Assembly: GCA_963766295.1 (NCBI GenBank)
Contig: CAVXYW010000001.1
Span: 666,815-730,814, forward strand
Reading direction: 5' to 3'
DNA from: an uncultured Actinomycetes bacterium
Lineage (GTDB): Bacteria > Actinomycetota > JAICYB01
DNA length: 64,000 bases
Below, one piece after another: positions 27,734-37,959 of the stretch; the stretch's first letter is position 1, and every line of letters starts with the position of its first letter. Under the pieces are notes generated by a model. That model did no database searches and was not told the DNA's origin. It worked only from the letters and a program-made list of their open reading frames with translations. A program made the translations under genes and the position numbers.

Positions 27734-28447
27734 ATGCCGTCCGACGACTCGAACGAGAGTGAACACGGCTACAGGCCGTTTCCTCCCGAAGACCCAGATC
27801 CTCGCCGGGCTGAAGCGTGGCGCTTGGCGGCGGAACTAAGGCGGATCATAGAAAAGCTCACGCTGGTAGCTCCGCCGGCCGAGGAGCTCGCGGCCGCGGC
27901 CGACGCTGCAGCGGCATTCGCCGACCGCCTCGAGGAGCTCTTGCCTCAGCGTGATTGGTCCTACGACGGGTACTCCGAAACGGCGCTGGCCGGATCGCCT
28001 CGCGCGTTCTTCGATCGCAGCCCGCTCATCGGCAAGGCGAACCCTCTAGCCGCGCCCATCGAACTAGGCATCATCGGTGAAGGCGCCGATGCATATGCGG
28101 AAGGCCGTGCGGTCTTCGGCGCCGCCTACGAAGGCCCGCCGGGCAACCTGCACGGCGGTTTCGTTGCCGCTTCGTTCGACGAGGTGCTCGGTTTCGCACA
28201 GTCCATCTCCGGACGGGCCGGCATGACGGGCACGCTCACCGTCCGCTACCGCAGTCCCACGCCGTTATATGAAGAGCTGCGGTTCAAGGCATGGGTCGAT
28301 CGCGTCGAGGGACGCAAGATCTTCGTCGCCGGAACCTGTCACGCCGGCGAGCGGCTGACCGCGGAGGCTGAGGGGATCTTTATCACCGTCGACCTCCAGA
28401 AGCTCGCCGATCTGATGAAGGAACGCGAAGGGTTGAAGCAACCCTGA
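27734..28447 (+). CDS. PaaI-family (hotdog) thioesterase
   Basis: GNLHGGFVAASFDEVLGFA is the hotdog active-site region. ATGA overlap with the next gene. Confidence 0.6.
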   Translation: MPSDDSNESEHGYRPFPPEDPDPRRAEAWRLAAELRRIIEKLTLVAPPAEELAAAADAAAAFADRLEELLPQRDWSYDGYSETALAGSPRAFFDRSPLIGKANPLAAPIELGIIGEGADAYAEGRAVFGAAYEGPPGNLHGGFVAASFDEVLGFAQSISGRAGMTGTLTVRYRSPTPLYEELRFKAWVDRVEGRKIFVAGTCHAGERLTAEAEGIFITVDLQKLADLMKEREGLKQP

Positions 28448-29634
28448 TGGCAGCCAATACCTCCTCTTTCCTTCAGCTTCCCGGTGACGACGATCCGCGG
28501 CGCCGCGAGATTCGCGAATGGCTCGAGGCCAACCCGGCGCCGTCACCGCGGGCTTTGGCCGAACGTGGTCTCGTTGCTCCGCACTGGCCGAAACCTTGGG
28601 GCCTCGAGGCCGACCCGATCCTCCAGCTGATCATCGACGAAGAACTCAAGACGGCCGGCGTTTCCCGTCCGGGCAACATCATCGGCATCGGCTGGGCCGG
28701 CCCGACGATCCTTTACGCAGGAACGCAAGAACAGAAGGAGCGGTACCTGTTCCCGATCCTGTCCGGAGAGGAGATCTGGTGCCAGCTGTTCAGCGAACCG
28801 GGCGCAGGATCCGATCTTGCGAACCTGAGCACGCGAGCGGTTAAGGATGGGGACCACTACGTCGTCAACGGCCAGAAGGTGTGGACGTCGATAGCGCACG
28901 CCGCGAAATTCGGGATCCTCATCGCTCGCACGGAACCGGATGCTCCGAAGCACCTCGGCATCTCGTACTTCATCTGCCCGATGGACACGCCCGGCATCGA
29001 GGTTCGTCCCATCATCGAGATGACCGGGATGCACACCTTCAACGAAGTTTTCTTCACCGACGCGCGCATCCCGGCCGAGAATCTCGTCGGCGAGGAAGGA
29101 CGCGGCTGGGAGCTCGGAAAGGTGACGCTCGCCAACGAACGCGTTTCGCTCTCCCGCGAAGGTGCCTTGTGGGGACAGGGGCCGTCGGCCCGCGACCTCG
29201 TGGACGCCGTGAAGTCGAGCGGCGGTGTTTCCGACGCCGCACTTCGTCAACGCCTCGCCCAGGTCTATATAGAAGGAGAGCTGCTCGGGATCATCCGCAT
29301 GCGAATGCTCGCGGCCAAGCTTCGTGGAGAGCAGCCGGGTTCAGAAGCGTCGGTTCGCAAAGCGCTGGCCGACGACCACGGCCAGCACATCATGAATCTC
29401 GCGAAGGATCTGGCCGGCACATCGGGGCTGCTCATTCAGTCCGGACCCGGTGGTGGAGGACTCTGGGGTCACGGATTCCTGTTCGCCCCCGCCCTCACGA
29501 TCGGCGGAGGCACCTCGGAGGTGCAGCGCAACATCATCTCCGAGCGAGTTCTCGGCCTCCCTCACGACGTGGATGTAGAGAAGGGAAAGGGCTGGTCCGA
29601 AGCGCGGAGGTCGGTCGGCGTTGAGTCCGCCTGA
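28447..29634 (+). CDS. acyl-CoA dehydrogenase family protein
   Basis: 395 aa with the ACAD N/M/C domain pattern (QLFSEPGAGSDLANL, GGGTSEVQRNIISERVLGLP). Confidence 0.8.
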   Translation: MAANTSSFLQLPGDDDPRRREIREWLEANPAPSPRALAERGLVAPHWPKPWGLEADPILQLIIDEELKTAGVSRPGNIIGIGWAGPTILYAGTQEQKERYLFPILSGEEIWCQLFSEPGAGSDLANLSTRAVKDGDHYVVNGQKVWTSIAHAAKFGILIARTEPDAPKHLGISYFICPMDTPGIEVRPIIEMTGMHTFNEVFFTDARIPAENLVGEEGRGWELGKVTLANERVSLSREGALWGQGPSARDLVDAVKSSGGVSDAALRQRLAQVYIEGELLGIIRMRMLAAKLRGEQPGSEASVRKALADDHGQHIMNLAKDLAGTSGLLIQSGPGGGGLWGHGFLFAPALTIGGGTSEVQRNIISERVLGLPHDVDVEKGKGWSEARRSVGVESA

Positions 29635-29660
29635 GTTCGGCGCGTAAACTTTCGTTCACT

Positions 29661-30053
29661 ATGGCCAAACAGATACCGCTGGTTGACTACCTCGTTCTCG
29701 ACGGTGAGCCGCACCTCGTCGCGAACGAATGCACGTCGTGCGGCGCCCGTTTCTTCGATCACCGGAACGCATGCGCGTCGTGTTTCGCGGATCAGTTCAA
29801 GAAGGTCGACGTGGCCCGCGACGGCGAACTGCAGGCGTTCACGATCGTCGCGTTCGCCGCGCCCGGGATCCCCGTTCCGTTCGTCGCCGGCATGATCGAC
29901 TGCGGCGGGACGCATGTCAGCGGAAATGTGATCAACACCGATCCCGATCCCGAGCACGTCACGCTCGGGATGAAGGTCCGTTTGGCGACCTATGTGGTCG
30001 GCACGGATGACGAGGGCACCGAAGCGATCGGCTTCGGCTTCGAGCCGGTATAG
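29661..30053 (+). CDS. Zn-ribbon/OB-fold protein (DUF35), partner of an SCP-x type thiolase
   Basis: CTSCGARFFDHRNACASC rubredoxin-like zinc ribbon plus an OB-fold. A thiolase-like gene follows immediately. Confidence 0.7.
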   Translation: MAKQIPLVDYLVLDGEPHLVANECTSCGARFFDHRNACASCFADQFKKVDVARDGELQAFTIVAFAAPGIPVPFVAGMIDCGGTHVSGNVINTDPDPEHVTLGMKVRLATYVVGTDDEGTEAIGFGFEPV

Positions 30054-30064
30054 GAGGGACTGAT

Positions 30065-31276
30065 ATGGCGAGCACTGACATCTGGATCCTAGGCATCCAC
30101 ATGACGAAATTCGGCAAGCACCCCGACCTCGATGTCGTCGACCTTGCCGCCGAAGCAGCGATGGCCGCACTGAAGGACTCGGGTCTCACGATGAAGGACG
30201 TCGGCGTTCTCGCCGCGGGCAACCTGATGGGTGGCGGCGGGGTCGGCCAGCAGCTCCAGAAGCAGATCGGTCAGACGGGGATCCCCGTCTACAACGTGCA
30301 GAACGCGTGCGCCACGGGCGCGACAGCGCTGCGCACCGCGATCATGTCGATCAAGGCCGGCGAGACCGACGTCGGACTCGCCGTCGGCGTCGAGAAGCTC
30401 GCCGGTGCGGGTCTGCTCGGTGGTGGCGGCCGTCCGAAGTCGGACAAGAACGTCTACGAGCCGCGCGGCCGGTACGGCGCGGTAGCGACGGTCGACGGTC
30501 GCATCGGGACGCAGACGATGCCCGGCGTGTTCGCACAGATCGGCATGCAGTATCTGAACGAGCACCCCTACGCCGGTGTGCCGTTCGAGCTCTTCGCGAA
30601 GATCAGCGAGAAGAACCACGCCCATTCGACGCTCAACCCAAAGGCGGCGTACACGAAGAAGATGTCGCTCGAGGAGATCATGGGCGACATGATGATCGCG
30701 TACCCGAACACCCGCCCCATGTGTTCGGCGAACTGCGACGGTGCAGCAGCGGCCGTCGTCGTCAGCGGTGAGAAGCTCAAGACGCTATCCAAGGACCAGC
30801 AGAAGCGCGCTGTGAAGGTTTCGGCGAGCGTGCTCACGACAGACCCCTACACCGAGTCGTGCCAGGTGCTGCCGGATGTCAACACGCTGACGCGGAACGC
30901 CGCGAAGCAGGCGTACGACCAGGCGGGCGTGGCGCCGGAGGATCTCGATCTCGTCGAGCTCCACGACTGCTTCGCGACGGCTGAACTTGTGCACTACGAC
31001 AACCTCGGTCTGTGCGAGCCGGGCAACGCGGCGGACTTCTTCGAGTCCGGTGCGACGTGGCGCGACGGCGACACGCCGGTGAACGTCTCCGGCGGCCTGG
31101 AGTCGAAGGGCCACCCGATCGCGGCGACGGGCATCGCGAACATCTGGGAGGTTTGCCACCACCTGCGCGGTGAGGCCGGCGACCGGCAGATCGAAGGGGC
31201 CAAGGTCGGCCTCGCTCATGTCATCGGGCTCGGCAGCGCGTGCGGCGTGCACATCCTCGAGAAGGCTGCGGTCTGA
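30065..31276 (+). CDS. thiolase-like protein (SCP-x / nonspecific lipid-transfer protein type)
   Basis: NVQNACATGATALRTA is the thiolase active-site Cys region, and there is a C-terminal CHH-type region. Length 403 aa. Confidence 0.75.
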   Translation: MASTDIWILGIHMTKFGKHPDLDVVDLAAEAAMAALKDSGLTMKDVGVLAAGNLMGGGGVGQQLQKQIGQTGIPVYNVQNACATGATALRTAIMSIKAGETDVGLAVGVEKLAGAGLLGGGGRPKSDKNVYEPRGRYGAVATVDGRIGTQTMPGVFAQIGMQYLNEHPYAGVPFELFAKISEKNHAHSTLNPKAAYTKKMSLEEIMGDMMIAYPNTRPMCSANCDGAAAAVVVSGEKLKTLSKDQQKRAVKVSASVLTTDPYTESCQVLPDVNTLTRNAAKQAYDQAGVAPEDLDLVELHDCFATAELVHYDNLGLCEPGNAADFFESGATWRDGDTPVNVSGGLESKGHPIAATGIANIWEVCHHLRGEAGDRQIEGAKVGLAHVIGLGSACGVHILEKAAV

Positions 31277-31394
31277 CGATCAAGTCCGCAGTCGCAATAG
31301 TCGTCGTGCTGTTCGCTCTGGGCGCTGCTGGTACTGGGTGACCACCTCCGGTGGCAAGGTCACGAAGATCGAAGAGCAATACCTGCCCTAGGGC

Positions 31395-32228
31395 ATGACC
31401 CTTCGCGTCCTCACTCTCAATCTCTGGAACCGGTCGGGTCCGTACGAGGAGCGCAAGCACCGAATACGTGAATGGGTCGAGCGCCTCGATCCGGACGTCA
31501 TCGGCTTCCAGGAGTCGATGCGCGGCGAGGGTTTCGACCAGGTAGGCGAACTGCTGGACGGTTTGCCGTACGAGATCGACCTCGGTGTTGCCAGCCGGTG
31601 GGACGAGATGGACTTCGGCAACGCGATAGCCAGTCGCTGGCCGATATCCGACAGGGAAGTCGTCGAACTTCCGACGGCCGACACCGACGAGACGCGATGT
31701 GCGTTGTCCGTGACCATCGACGCGCCCTTCGGTGATCTTGGTTTCACCTGCACTCATCTGAACTGGAAGTTCCATCACGGAATGGCGCGGGAGAAGCAGG
31801 TCGTCGCCGTTGCGGACGTTGCGCTGCGGCGTCGTCCTCGCGGCGAGTTCCCGCCGGTGATCGTCGGAGACTTCAACGCCGATCCCGACTCGAGTGAGAT
31901 CCGGTACATGACCGGCCTCCACGCGCTCGAGGGCCGCAGCACCTACTTTTACGACGCGTGGCCGATCGCCGGCGCTGGTGGGAGTGGGTTCACTTGGAGC
32001 AACCGGAACCACTTCGCGGCCATCGCGCTCGAACCTGACCGGCGGATCGATTACGTGTTCGTCGGGTATCCGGTCAGGCTCGGCGAGAAATTCGGTGTCG
32101 GCCGCATCGAGAGTTGCGTTGTGGTTTGCGACGACGAGGTCGACGGTGTCTGGCCGTCGGATCACTTCGGTGTGTATGCGGAACTTCGGACGGAACCGAT
32201 GCCGCGGCCGCAGTGGCCGATGAGCTGA
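31395..32228 (+). CDS. endonuclease/exonuclease/phosphatase (EEP) family protein
   Basis: LRVLTLNLWN...VIGFQE and a C-terminal SDHFGV motif. Its stop overlaps the next start (TGATG). Confidence 0.65.
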   Translation: MTLRVLTLNLWNRSGPYEERKHRIREWVERLDPDVIGFQESMRGEGFDQVGELLDGLPYEIDLGVASRWDEMDFGNAIASRWPISDREVVELPTADTDETRCALSVTIDAPFGDLGFTCTHLNWKFHHGMAREKQVVAVADVALRRRPRGEFPPVIVGDFNADPDSSEIRYMTGLHALEGRSTYFYDAWPIAGAGGSGFTWSNRNHFAAIALEPDRRIDYVFVGYPVRLGEKFGVGRIESCVVVCDDEVDGVWPSDHFGVYAELRTEPMPRPQWPMS

Positions 32229-33244
32229 TGGGTCGGCCCTTGTCGAAGCGAATCTCGCCTCGCCTCGCCGTCATCGCTTTGGTCGTGTTGCTCTTGATTT
32301 TGGCCACCGAGGCGGCCATTCGGGTGCGAGCCTCCGCACTTCCGCCTCCGCAGCGTTGGTCGACCCCGGATCTGACGCACAAGGAGCTACAGATCGGTGA
32401 TCTGCAACGCCGAGGTGGGGCGTCCGTTGCCTTCCTAGGCTCGTCGTCCGTCGACGGCGCAATAGACGCGAGCATGATTCGACACGGTATCGAGAGGCGT
32501 CCGGCATACAACGCAGGCCTACGAGGAGGAAGCATCGGGATGGTGTCGTCCTGGGCGCAACTAGTAGTCATTCCGCGGCTTCGTCCGGATGTGGTCGTGC
32601 TCGGAGTGATCAGCCGTGAGTTGAGCGGGAACGATCCTGTGACGACTGAACGCGAGCAGGACTTCTACGCGGCGCCGGCCGTGCGTCACCTGCTCGAAAG
32701 CGAGAACTTGTTGCAGCGCGTCGAGCGCAACATCGAGGACGTGTCAAAGCTCTTCGAGTACCGCACAGTGCTGCGCCGGCCTCGTGCGATCCGTGAGTTC
32801 CTCGGCCTCAGTGTTGCTCCGGCCATTACCGATCCGAACGTGTATATCGCTCCTGACGGACAGTTCAGGATCTTTCTGACGCGTAAGTACGAGAAGGTCG
32901 GCGGGCCGTTCGTGGATGAGATGCGAAGTTATGAGCTCGGGGACGAGCAGAGGGTCCGGCTCCGGCAGCTCCTCGCGTTCCTGAGTGAGCACATTGAACA
33001 CGTAATCGTCGTCAACATGCCGGTGACCGAAGAATACGTTGGTTCGCATCCGCGCAAGCACGAAGATTACGACGCATTCTCGCGAGTGCTGAAGCGTGAG
33101 GCCGAGCGCGTGGAGGCGTCGTTCATCGATGCGGGGGTGTGGCCCGATAGGTTCTTCGGCGATCTCGTGCATGTGAACACGGTCGGATCGCGCCGCATCA
33201 CCCGGATCATCGACGCGGAGATCGACTCCTTGCCGGCAGGGTAA
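32228..33244 (+). CDS. membrane-anchored SGNH-fold protein, DltD-like (putative partner of the adjacent MBOAT)
   Basis: N-terminal TM anchor (LAVIALVVLLLILATEAAI), a FLGSSSVDG serine motif and a C-terminal DLVHVN (DxxH) motif. It is convergent with and 8 nt from the MBOAT gene. Confidence 0.45.
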   Translation: MGRPLSKRISPRLAVIALVVLLLILATEAAIRVRASALPPPQRWSTPDLTHKELQIGDLQRRGGASVAFLGSSSVDGAIDASMIRHGIERRPAYNAGLRGGSIGMVSSWAQLVVIPRLRPDVVVLGVISRELSGNDPVTTEREQDFYAAPAVRHLLESENLLQRVERNIEDVSKLFEYRTVLRRPRAIREFLGLSVAPAITDPNVYIAPDGQFRIFLTRKYEKVGGPFVDEMRSYELGDEQRVRLRQLLAFLSEHIEHVIVVNMPVTEEYVGSHPRKHEDYDAFSRVLKREAERVEASFIDAGVWPDRFFGDLVHVNTVGSRRITRIIDAEIDSLPAG

Positions 33245-33251
33245 GTCTCGC

Positions 33252-34730
33252 TCAGAACTGGAAGTAGATGAACGGCGTCGGCGTTCCGCCGCTGAACACG
33301 ATCACGGCGACGACCATCACACCAAGAACGGCCCCGGCCGACACTGGGTTCATTCCGTAAGTGAGTGACTCATGGACCGCCTCCTGCGCCGTTGCCGTAG
33401 CCCCGAGTTGGGCGCGCGTCCGCGTCGCCTCGATGGCTTGGATCCGGCGTTTGCGCGACCAGAGATCGATGACGAGAACGGCTAGAGCCGCGATCGGAAT
33501 GAGCAAGGCGCCCTCTGGTGACGGAACACCCGGCCGCAGTGTCGCGATCCGCTTACCGATGGTCAATGCGTCGTCGAACGAGGCTGCACGGAAGAACACC
33601 ACGCCCACGCAGTACAGCGCGAACGTCCGCACGATGGCCGGAAAGTCCCTCCATCTCACCAGCATCGGGTGACGGTTTTCAGGCACTGGACGTAGACGCC
33701 AGTACGCGACGAGAACGCCGTTAAATACTCCCCAGAAGACGAATGTCCAAGCCGCGCCGTGCCAAAGGCCGATGAGCGCAAAGATGATCAGCACGTTCAA
33801 GATCGCTCGAAGTCGTCCCTGCCTTGCGCCTCCAAGGGGACGGCCGACGAACTCGGTGAACCACCAACCAAGTGACGTGTGCCACCGCTGCCAGAACTCC
33901 CGCATATCGCGACTCAGGAATGGCTCTTCGAAGTTGCGTCGCAGCTCGACGCCGAGCAATCGGGAGATCCCGCGGGCCATGTCGCTGTAGCCAGAGAAGT
34001 CGCCGTAGACCTGCACCGCGAAGCCGACCGTCGCAAGCACCAACGTTCGCGAACTGTGGGTCTCTGGTGCCGAATAGGCACTGTTGACGAACGTCGCGAT
34101 GCCGTCGGCTATGACGACCTTCTTGAACAAACCGGTGAGGATCAGTGCGATCGCGGACTCTGTCAGTGCTCGGTCCGGAGCTTCGCGTCGACGTTGGATC
34201 TGCGGTAGTAGCGACGTGGGCCTTTCGATGGGGCCGGCCACGAGTTGCGGAAACCACGCAACGAACGTGGCGAAAGTGACCAGGTTCCGTTCCGCATGCA
34301 TCTGCCGCCGGTAGACGTAGAAGACGTATGCGAGCGTCTGGAACGTGTAAAAGCTGATTCCGACCGGCAGAACCACTTCCAGCAGGACCGGGTTCGCGGA
34401 CAGTCCCAGCCAACCGAGGGCTGATGTGAAACTTTCGGCGAAGAAATCGAAGTACTTGAAGACCGCGAGTATGCCGATCTGAACCACAAGGCTCGTCGCC
34501 AGGAGGGCCTTTCGCGTGCTCGGCTCGTCCTTCGTATCGAGAGCGCGGCCGACGAAGTAGTCGACGATCGCGGACAAATACAAGAGTCCGAGAAATCGCC
34601 AGTCGAACGCCGCGTAGAAGACCGAGCCGGCGACAAGCATCAGCCGGTTCTGGCCCTTGAGGCCGAAACGGTAGTACAACAACAACACCACGGCGAAAAG
34701 CGCGACGAACTGGAGCGTGTTGAAGGTCAC
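33252..34730 (-). CDS. MBOAT family membrane O-acyltransferase (DltB/AlgI-like)
   Basis: 492 aa, multi-TM, with the MBOAT pattern (FVAWFPQLVAGPIERP, a conserved His region, WRRWHTSLGWW). GTG start. Confidence 0.8.
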   Translation of the reverse strand: MTFNTLQFVALFAVVLLLYYRFGLKGQNRLMLVAGSVFYAAFDWRFLGLLYLSAIVDYFVGRALDTKDEPSTRKALLATSLVVQIGILAVFKYFDFFAESFTSALGWLGLSANPVLLEVVLPVGISFYTFQTLAYVFYVYRRQMHAERNLVTFATFVAWFPQLVAGPIERPTSLLPQIQRRREAPDRALTESAIALILTGLFKKVVIADGIATFVNSAYSAPETHSSRTLVLATVGFAVQVYGDFSGYSDMARGISRLLGVELRRNFEEPFLSRDMREFWQRWHTSLGWWFTEFVGRPLGGARQGRLRAILNVLIIFALIGLWHGAAWTFVFWGVFNGVLVAYWRLRPVPENRHPMLVRWRDFPAIVRTFALYCVGVVFFRAASFDDALTIGKRIATLRPGVPSPEGALLIPIAALAVLVIDLWSRKRRIQAIEATRTRAQLGATATAQEAVHESLTYGMNPVSAGAVLGVMVVAVIVFSGGTPTPFIYFQF

Positions 34731-34766
34731 TGCGGCCTGCGATCAAGCATCTCGAAGGACTTTGCT

Positions 34767-35600
34767 GTGAATGATGTCTCGCACGACCCCGCCAGTCATT
34801 ACGACCGGGTCACCGAGGCTTGGACGTTGCTCTTGGGCGAGGATCTTCACTACGGCTTGTTCCGCTTAGGCAATGAGGGACTCCCTGAGGCGACTGCGGC
34901 GCTGACCAAGTCGATGATCGATGCAGCGGATATCGAAGCTGGGCTCGAAGTGCTCGATGTCGGGTGCGGGACAGGCGCACCCGCATGCCACCTCGCAGCC
35001 GTTTATGGGGCACGCGTGACCGGCATCACCACCAGCGCGGTAGGAGTGGCTTCGGCGCGACGCCGCGCAACGGTGGAAGGGATTGATTCCCTTGTTTCTT
35101 TTGAAGAGCGTGACGGCATGGACAACGGTTTCCCCGAGGAATCGTTCGACAGGGTTTGGGTTCTTGAGTCGTCCCATCTGATGCGTGAGCGCGACAGTCT
35201 GATAGCAGAGTGCGCACGCGTGCTTCGTCCTGGGGGCCGGTTGGTGCTGTGCGACATCATGCTCCGCCGACCGATGCCCTTTGATGAGGTTCGCAGGTTG
35301 CGCAAACCTCTCGCCCTGCTCCGCGAGGTATTCGGCGAAGCTCGGATGGAGCCACTCGCGAAGTACGAAGAGCTTGCGCAAGCGAACGGCCTCGTCGTTG
35401 AACAGGCAACGGACCTCACGCAGGTGACGCTCCCCACGTTCGCTCGCTGGCGCGACAACGCCGAGACTCATCGCGACGCTGTGATCTCCCTCCTCAGTCC
35501 CGACGGGCTCGAGCGCTTCGTCGAGGGAACAGTCGTGCTTGAGGGGTTCTGGGACGACGGTACCCTCGGGTACGGCCTGATCGCGGCCGGCAAGCCGTAA
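34767..35600 (+). CDS. class I SAM-dependent methyltransferase, mycolic-acid cyclopropane synthase (CMAS) family-like
   Basis: SHYDRVTEAWTLLLGEDLHYGLF... and LEVLDVGCGTGAPACHLAAVYGARVTGITTS match the CMAS-family layout. GTG start. Confidence 0.7.
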   Translation: MNDVSHDPASHYDRVTEAWTLLLGEDLHYGLFRLGNEGLPEATAALTKSMIDAADIEAGLEVLDVGCGTGAPACHLAAVYGARVTGITTSAVGVASARRRATVEGIDSLVSFEERDGMDNGFPEESFDRVWVLESSHLMRERDSLIAECARVLRPGGRLVLCDIMLRRPMPFDEVRRLRKPLALLREVFGEARMEPLAKYEELAQANGLVVEQATDLTQVTLPTFARWRDNAETHRDAVISLLSPDGLERFVEGTVVLEGFWDDGTLGYGLIAAGKP

Positions 35601-35608
35601 AGGCTCCA

Positions 35609-36343
35609 TCACGCCGTGAGGCCGCCGTCGACGACGATGACCTGACCGGTGACGAATGCGGCTTGAGGTGACGCGAGGAAAAGTACCGCCGAAGCCACAT
35701 CCTCGGGCTCCCCAAGTCGGCCCACCGGAGTACGTCGGATGATCTGTTCGAGATCGTTCTCATCCAAGCCGTGTGTCATTTCCGTCCGGAGGTATCCGGG
35801 TGCAACGGAATTAACCGTGATACCGCGCCCGCCGAGTTCCCGGGCGAGGGCACGGGTGAACCCGTTGAGTGCCGCCTTGGTAGAGCTGTACACAGAGAGT
35901 CCGCGATAGCCGGAGAGTCCGACGATGGACGAGATGTTGATCACGCGTCCCGTTTCCTGCCTCAGCATGCGCCGGACAACGGCGCGCGTTAGGCGGATCG
36001 TGCCCTTGAGGTTGAGATCCACCATCGTGTCCACGTCGTCCTCGTGTACAAGACCGACAACTCCGTCGATCGCAACACCGGCGTTGTTCACGAGAACGTC
36101 GATTGCACCGAACCGCTCGACCACGTTGCGCACGAACGGGTTCGCTGCCTCTCGGTCGGTGAGATCGATGGCCTCGAAATAGAAGCGATCGGGGCCCGCC
36201 TCGGCTGCTAACGAGTCCGTCTCGGCCGTCGGTGTCCGACTGCATGTAGCGACACGGTCGCCGCAGGCGAGGAACGCTCGGATCAGCGCCGCACCAAGAC
36301 CGCGGCTCCCGCCGGTAACGATGATGGCTCGGCCTGTCGTCAC
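35609..36343 (-). CDS. SDR family oxidoreductase (3-oxoacyl-ACP reductase FabG-like)
   Basis: [13 protein letters not shown] glycine-rich motif, NNAG, and an S...YxxxK catalytic pattern. Overlaps the upstream adenylating-enzyme gene by 4 nt. Confidence 0.8.
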   Translation of the reverse strand: MTTGRAIIVTGGSRGLGAALIRAFLACGDRVATCSRTPTAETDSLAAEAGPDRFYFEAIDLTDREAANPFVRNVVERFGAIDVLVNNAGVAIDGVVGLVHEDDVDTMVDLNLKGTIRLTRAVVRRMLRQETGRVINISSIVGLSGYRGLSVYSSTKAALNGFTRALARELGGRGITVNSVAPGYLRTEMTHGLDENDLEQIIRRTPVGRLGEPEDVASAVLFLASPQAAFVTGQVIVVDGGLTA

Positions 36344-37710
36344 TGCGTCGCCTCTTCACGGCCGCGGGCGATCTTGTGTCCGCGCACCTCGAGGGAGTCG
36401 ACGAAGCGGATACGCCTGGGTCTCGCGGCTGGAGCGAGAGTCGCGCAGGCCGTCCGGATCTCGTCGGCTAGATCCTCGGTGTCGACACCGGACACTGCGA
36501 CGACGTCAACAGCGACTATCTGTCCCGTGACGGGATTCGCTCGGCCATACGCCCGGACGAACTCGACGCCGGCGATCGACTCCACGATCTCTTCTACGGG
36601 AAGGGGATGCACCTTTACGCCGCCAACATTGATGATCTCGCTGGTTCGCCCGACGAACGCGATCCGGTCTCCACGCACCTCGACGAGATCACCTGTTGGC
36701 CGCCAGTCGTCGTCGATGTCGCTTTCGCCGTAGTAGCCGAGCATCCCGACGCGCGAGCGCACATGTAGCTCGCCGTCGACGATCCGCATCTGCACGTCGG
36801 CATCGTCGCTTCGTTCGAGCACCGTCGTGGGCAGACCGCTCTGCCTGTCGCGAACCGAGATCCCGAGGCCGAATTCGGTTGCGCCGTATACCTGCGAGAT
36901 TTTCGCCGACGGGAACAAACGACCCAGCCGCTCGATGAGGGGGCCCGGGACGGCTTCACCGCCGAGGGTGATCTGCTCGAGCGGGATCCCGCGCGCCGTC
37001 TCTTCGTCCAGCAGTGTGGCGATGAAGCGCCAGAACGTTGGCGTAGCACTCACGTGCGTAACGCCGAGTTCCCTCATGACCGCGAGGGCTTGCCTCGGCT
37101 GGTTCGAATCAGAAGCGACAAGCGTTGCGCGGCTGGCTAGCACGTGGAGTAACACTTGCACTCCAGCGAACTGGTTCAGGTTGTAAGCGAGCAGCCAGCG
37201 GGCGCCGGGCTGCACGTCGGTGTGCTTCGCCGCACCGACCAACCGAGCCCAGTCGTGTCGAGCTGCACGCTGGCGGCCGGTCGTGCCGGTTGTAAGGATC
37301 AGCACCGGGGCTTTGCCGGCTATGGCAGGTGCATCTCCGGTCTCTACCGGCAGGGATTCGAGCGGCACGACTTCAACGGACCCGAGATCAATCGGCCGGG
37401 CCGAGACGACGACGCGGTGCCCGAACTGCATTGCAAACGACTCGATAGATCCGGCGTCGAGACGATCCGGATAGACGCACCCTTCGCTCCCCACGGCGGA
37501 GGAAGCGCAGAGCAAAGGCAGAAGGTCTACAGCTTCTCCGATGCACCCGAACCGGTCGATAGAGCGCGCCTGGAGCCCTCGCGCCAGCGCGTTACTCGTG
37601 TCGAGACACTCGGCATACGTGTAGGAACGGGTAGTCGAAACGACGAGGGGCCGATCGGGAGCTTCCTCGGCGCAGGCGCGCACCAGCTGAATCAGCACGG
37701 TGCACCCCAC
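36340..37710 (-). CDS. AMP-binding (class I adenylate-forming) enzyme, short DltA-like acyl/aminoacyl-carrier-protein ligase candidate
   Basis: [10 protein letters not shown] (A3), YGATEFG (A5), TGD (A7) and [13 protein letters not shown] (A8) motifs. 456 aa, GTG start, located 19 nt downstream of the ACP gene. Confidence 0.7.
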   Translation of the reverse strand: MGCTVLIQLVRACAEEAPDRPLVVSTTRSYTYAECLDTSNALARGLQARSIDRFGCIGEAVDLLPLLCASSAVGSEGCVYPDRLDAGSIESFAMQFGHRVVVSARPIDLGSVEVVPLESLPVETGDAPAIAGKAPVLILTTGTTGRQRAARHDWARLVGAAKHTDVQPGARWLLAYNLNQFAGVQVLLHVLASRATLVASDSNQPRQALAVMRELGVTHVSATPTFWRFIATLLDEETARGIPLEQITLGGEAVPGPLIERLGRLFPSAKISQVYGATEFGLGISVRDRQSGLPTTVLERSDDADVQMRIVDGELHVRSRVGMLGYYGESDIDDDWRPTGDLVEVRGDRIAFVGRTSEIINVGGVKVHPLPVEEIVESIAGVEFVRAYGRANPVTGQIVAVDVVAVSGVDTEDLADEIRTACATLAPAARPRRIRFVDSLEVRGHKIARGREEATQ

Positions 37711-37728
37711 ACGTTATGTGCCCTTCCG

Positions 37729-37959
37729 TCAGCGTTTGTAGAACTCGATGACCTCGCCTACGGTCTTCGGCTCGACGCCCTCGCTGTAGGGGTCGCGCCC
37801 GAGGTCGTCCTCGAGAACGACGGAGAGCTCCGCGACCTCCAGAGAGTCGAGCTTGAGGTCGTCGTATAGGTTCGAGTCGAGGCTTACCTTTGCGGCGCCT
37901 TTCTTGCCTCGCATCAATGCCTTGAGCGCTTTGAATACGGTCTTCTCAGCATCTGACAT
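37729..37959 (-). CDS. acyl carrier protein (DltC/ACP-like)
   Basis: 76 aa with a LKLDSLEVAEL phosphopantetheine-attachment (DSL) motif. ATG start with an AGGAG RBS. Confidence 0.75.
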   Translation of the reverse strand: MSDAEKTVFKALKALMRGKKGAAKVSLDSNLYDDLKLDSLEVAELSVVLEDDLGRDPYSEGVEPKTVGEVIEFYKR

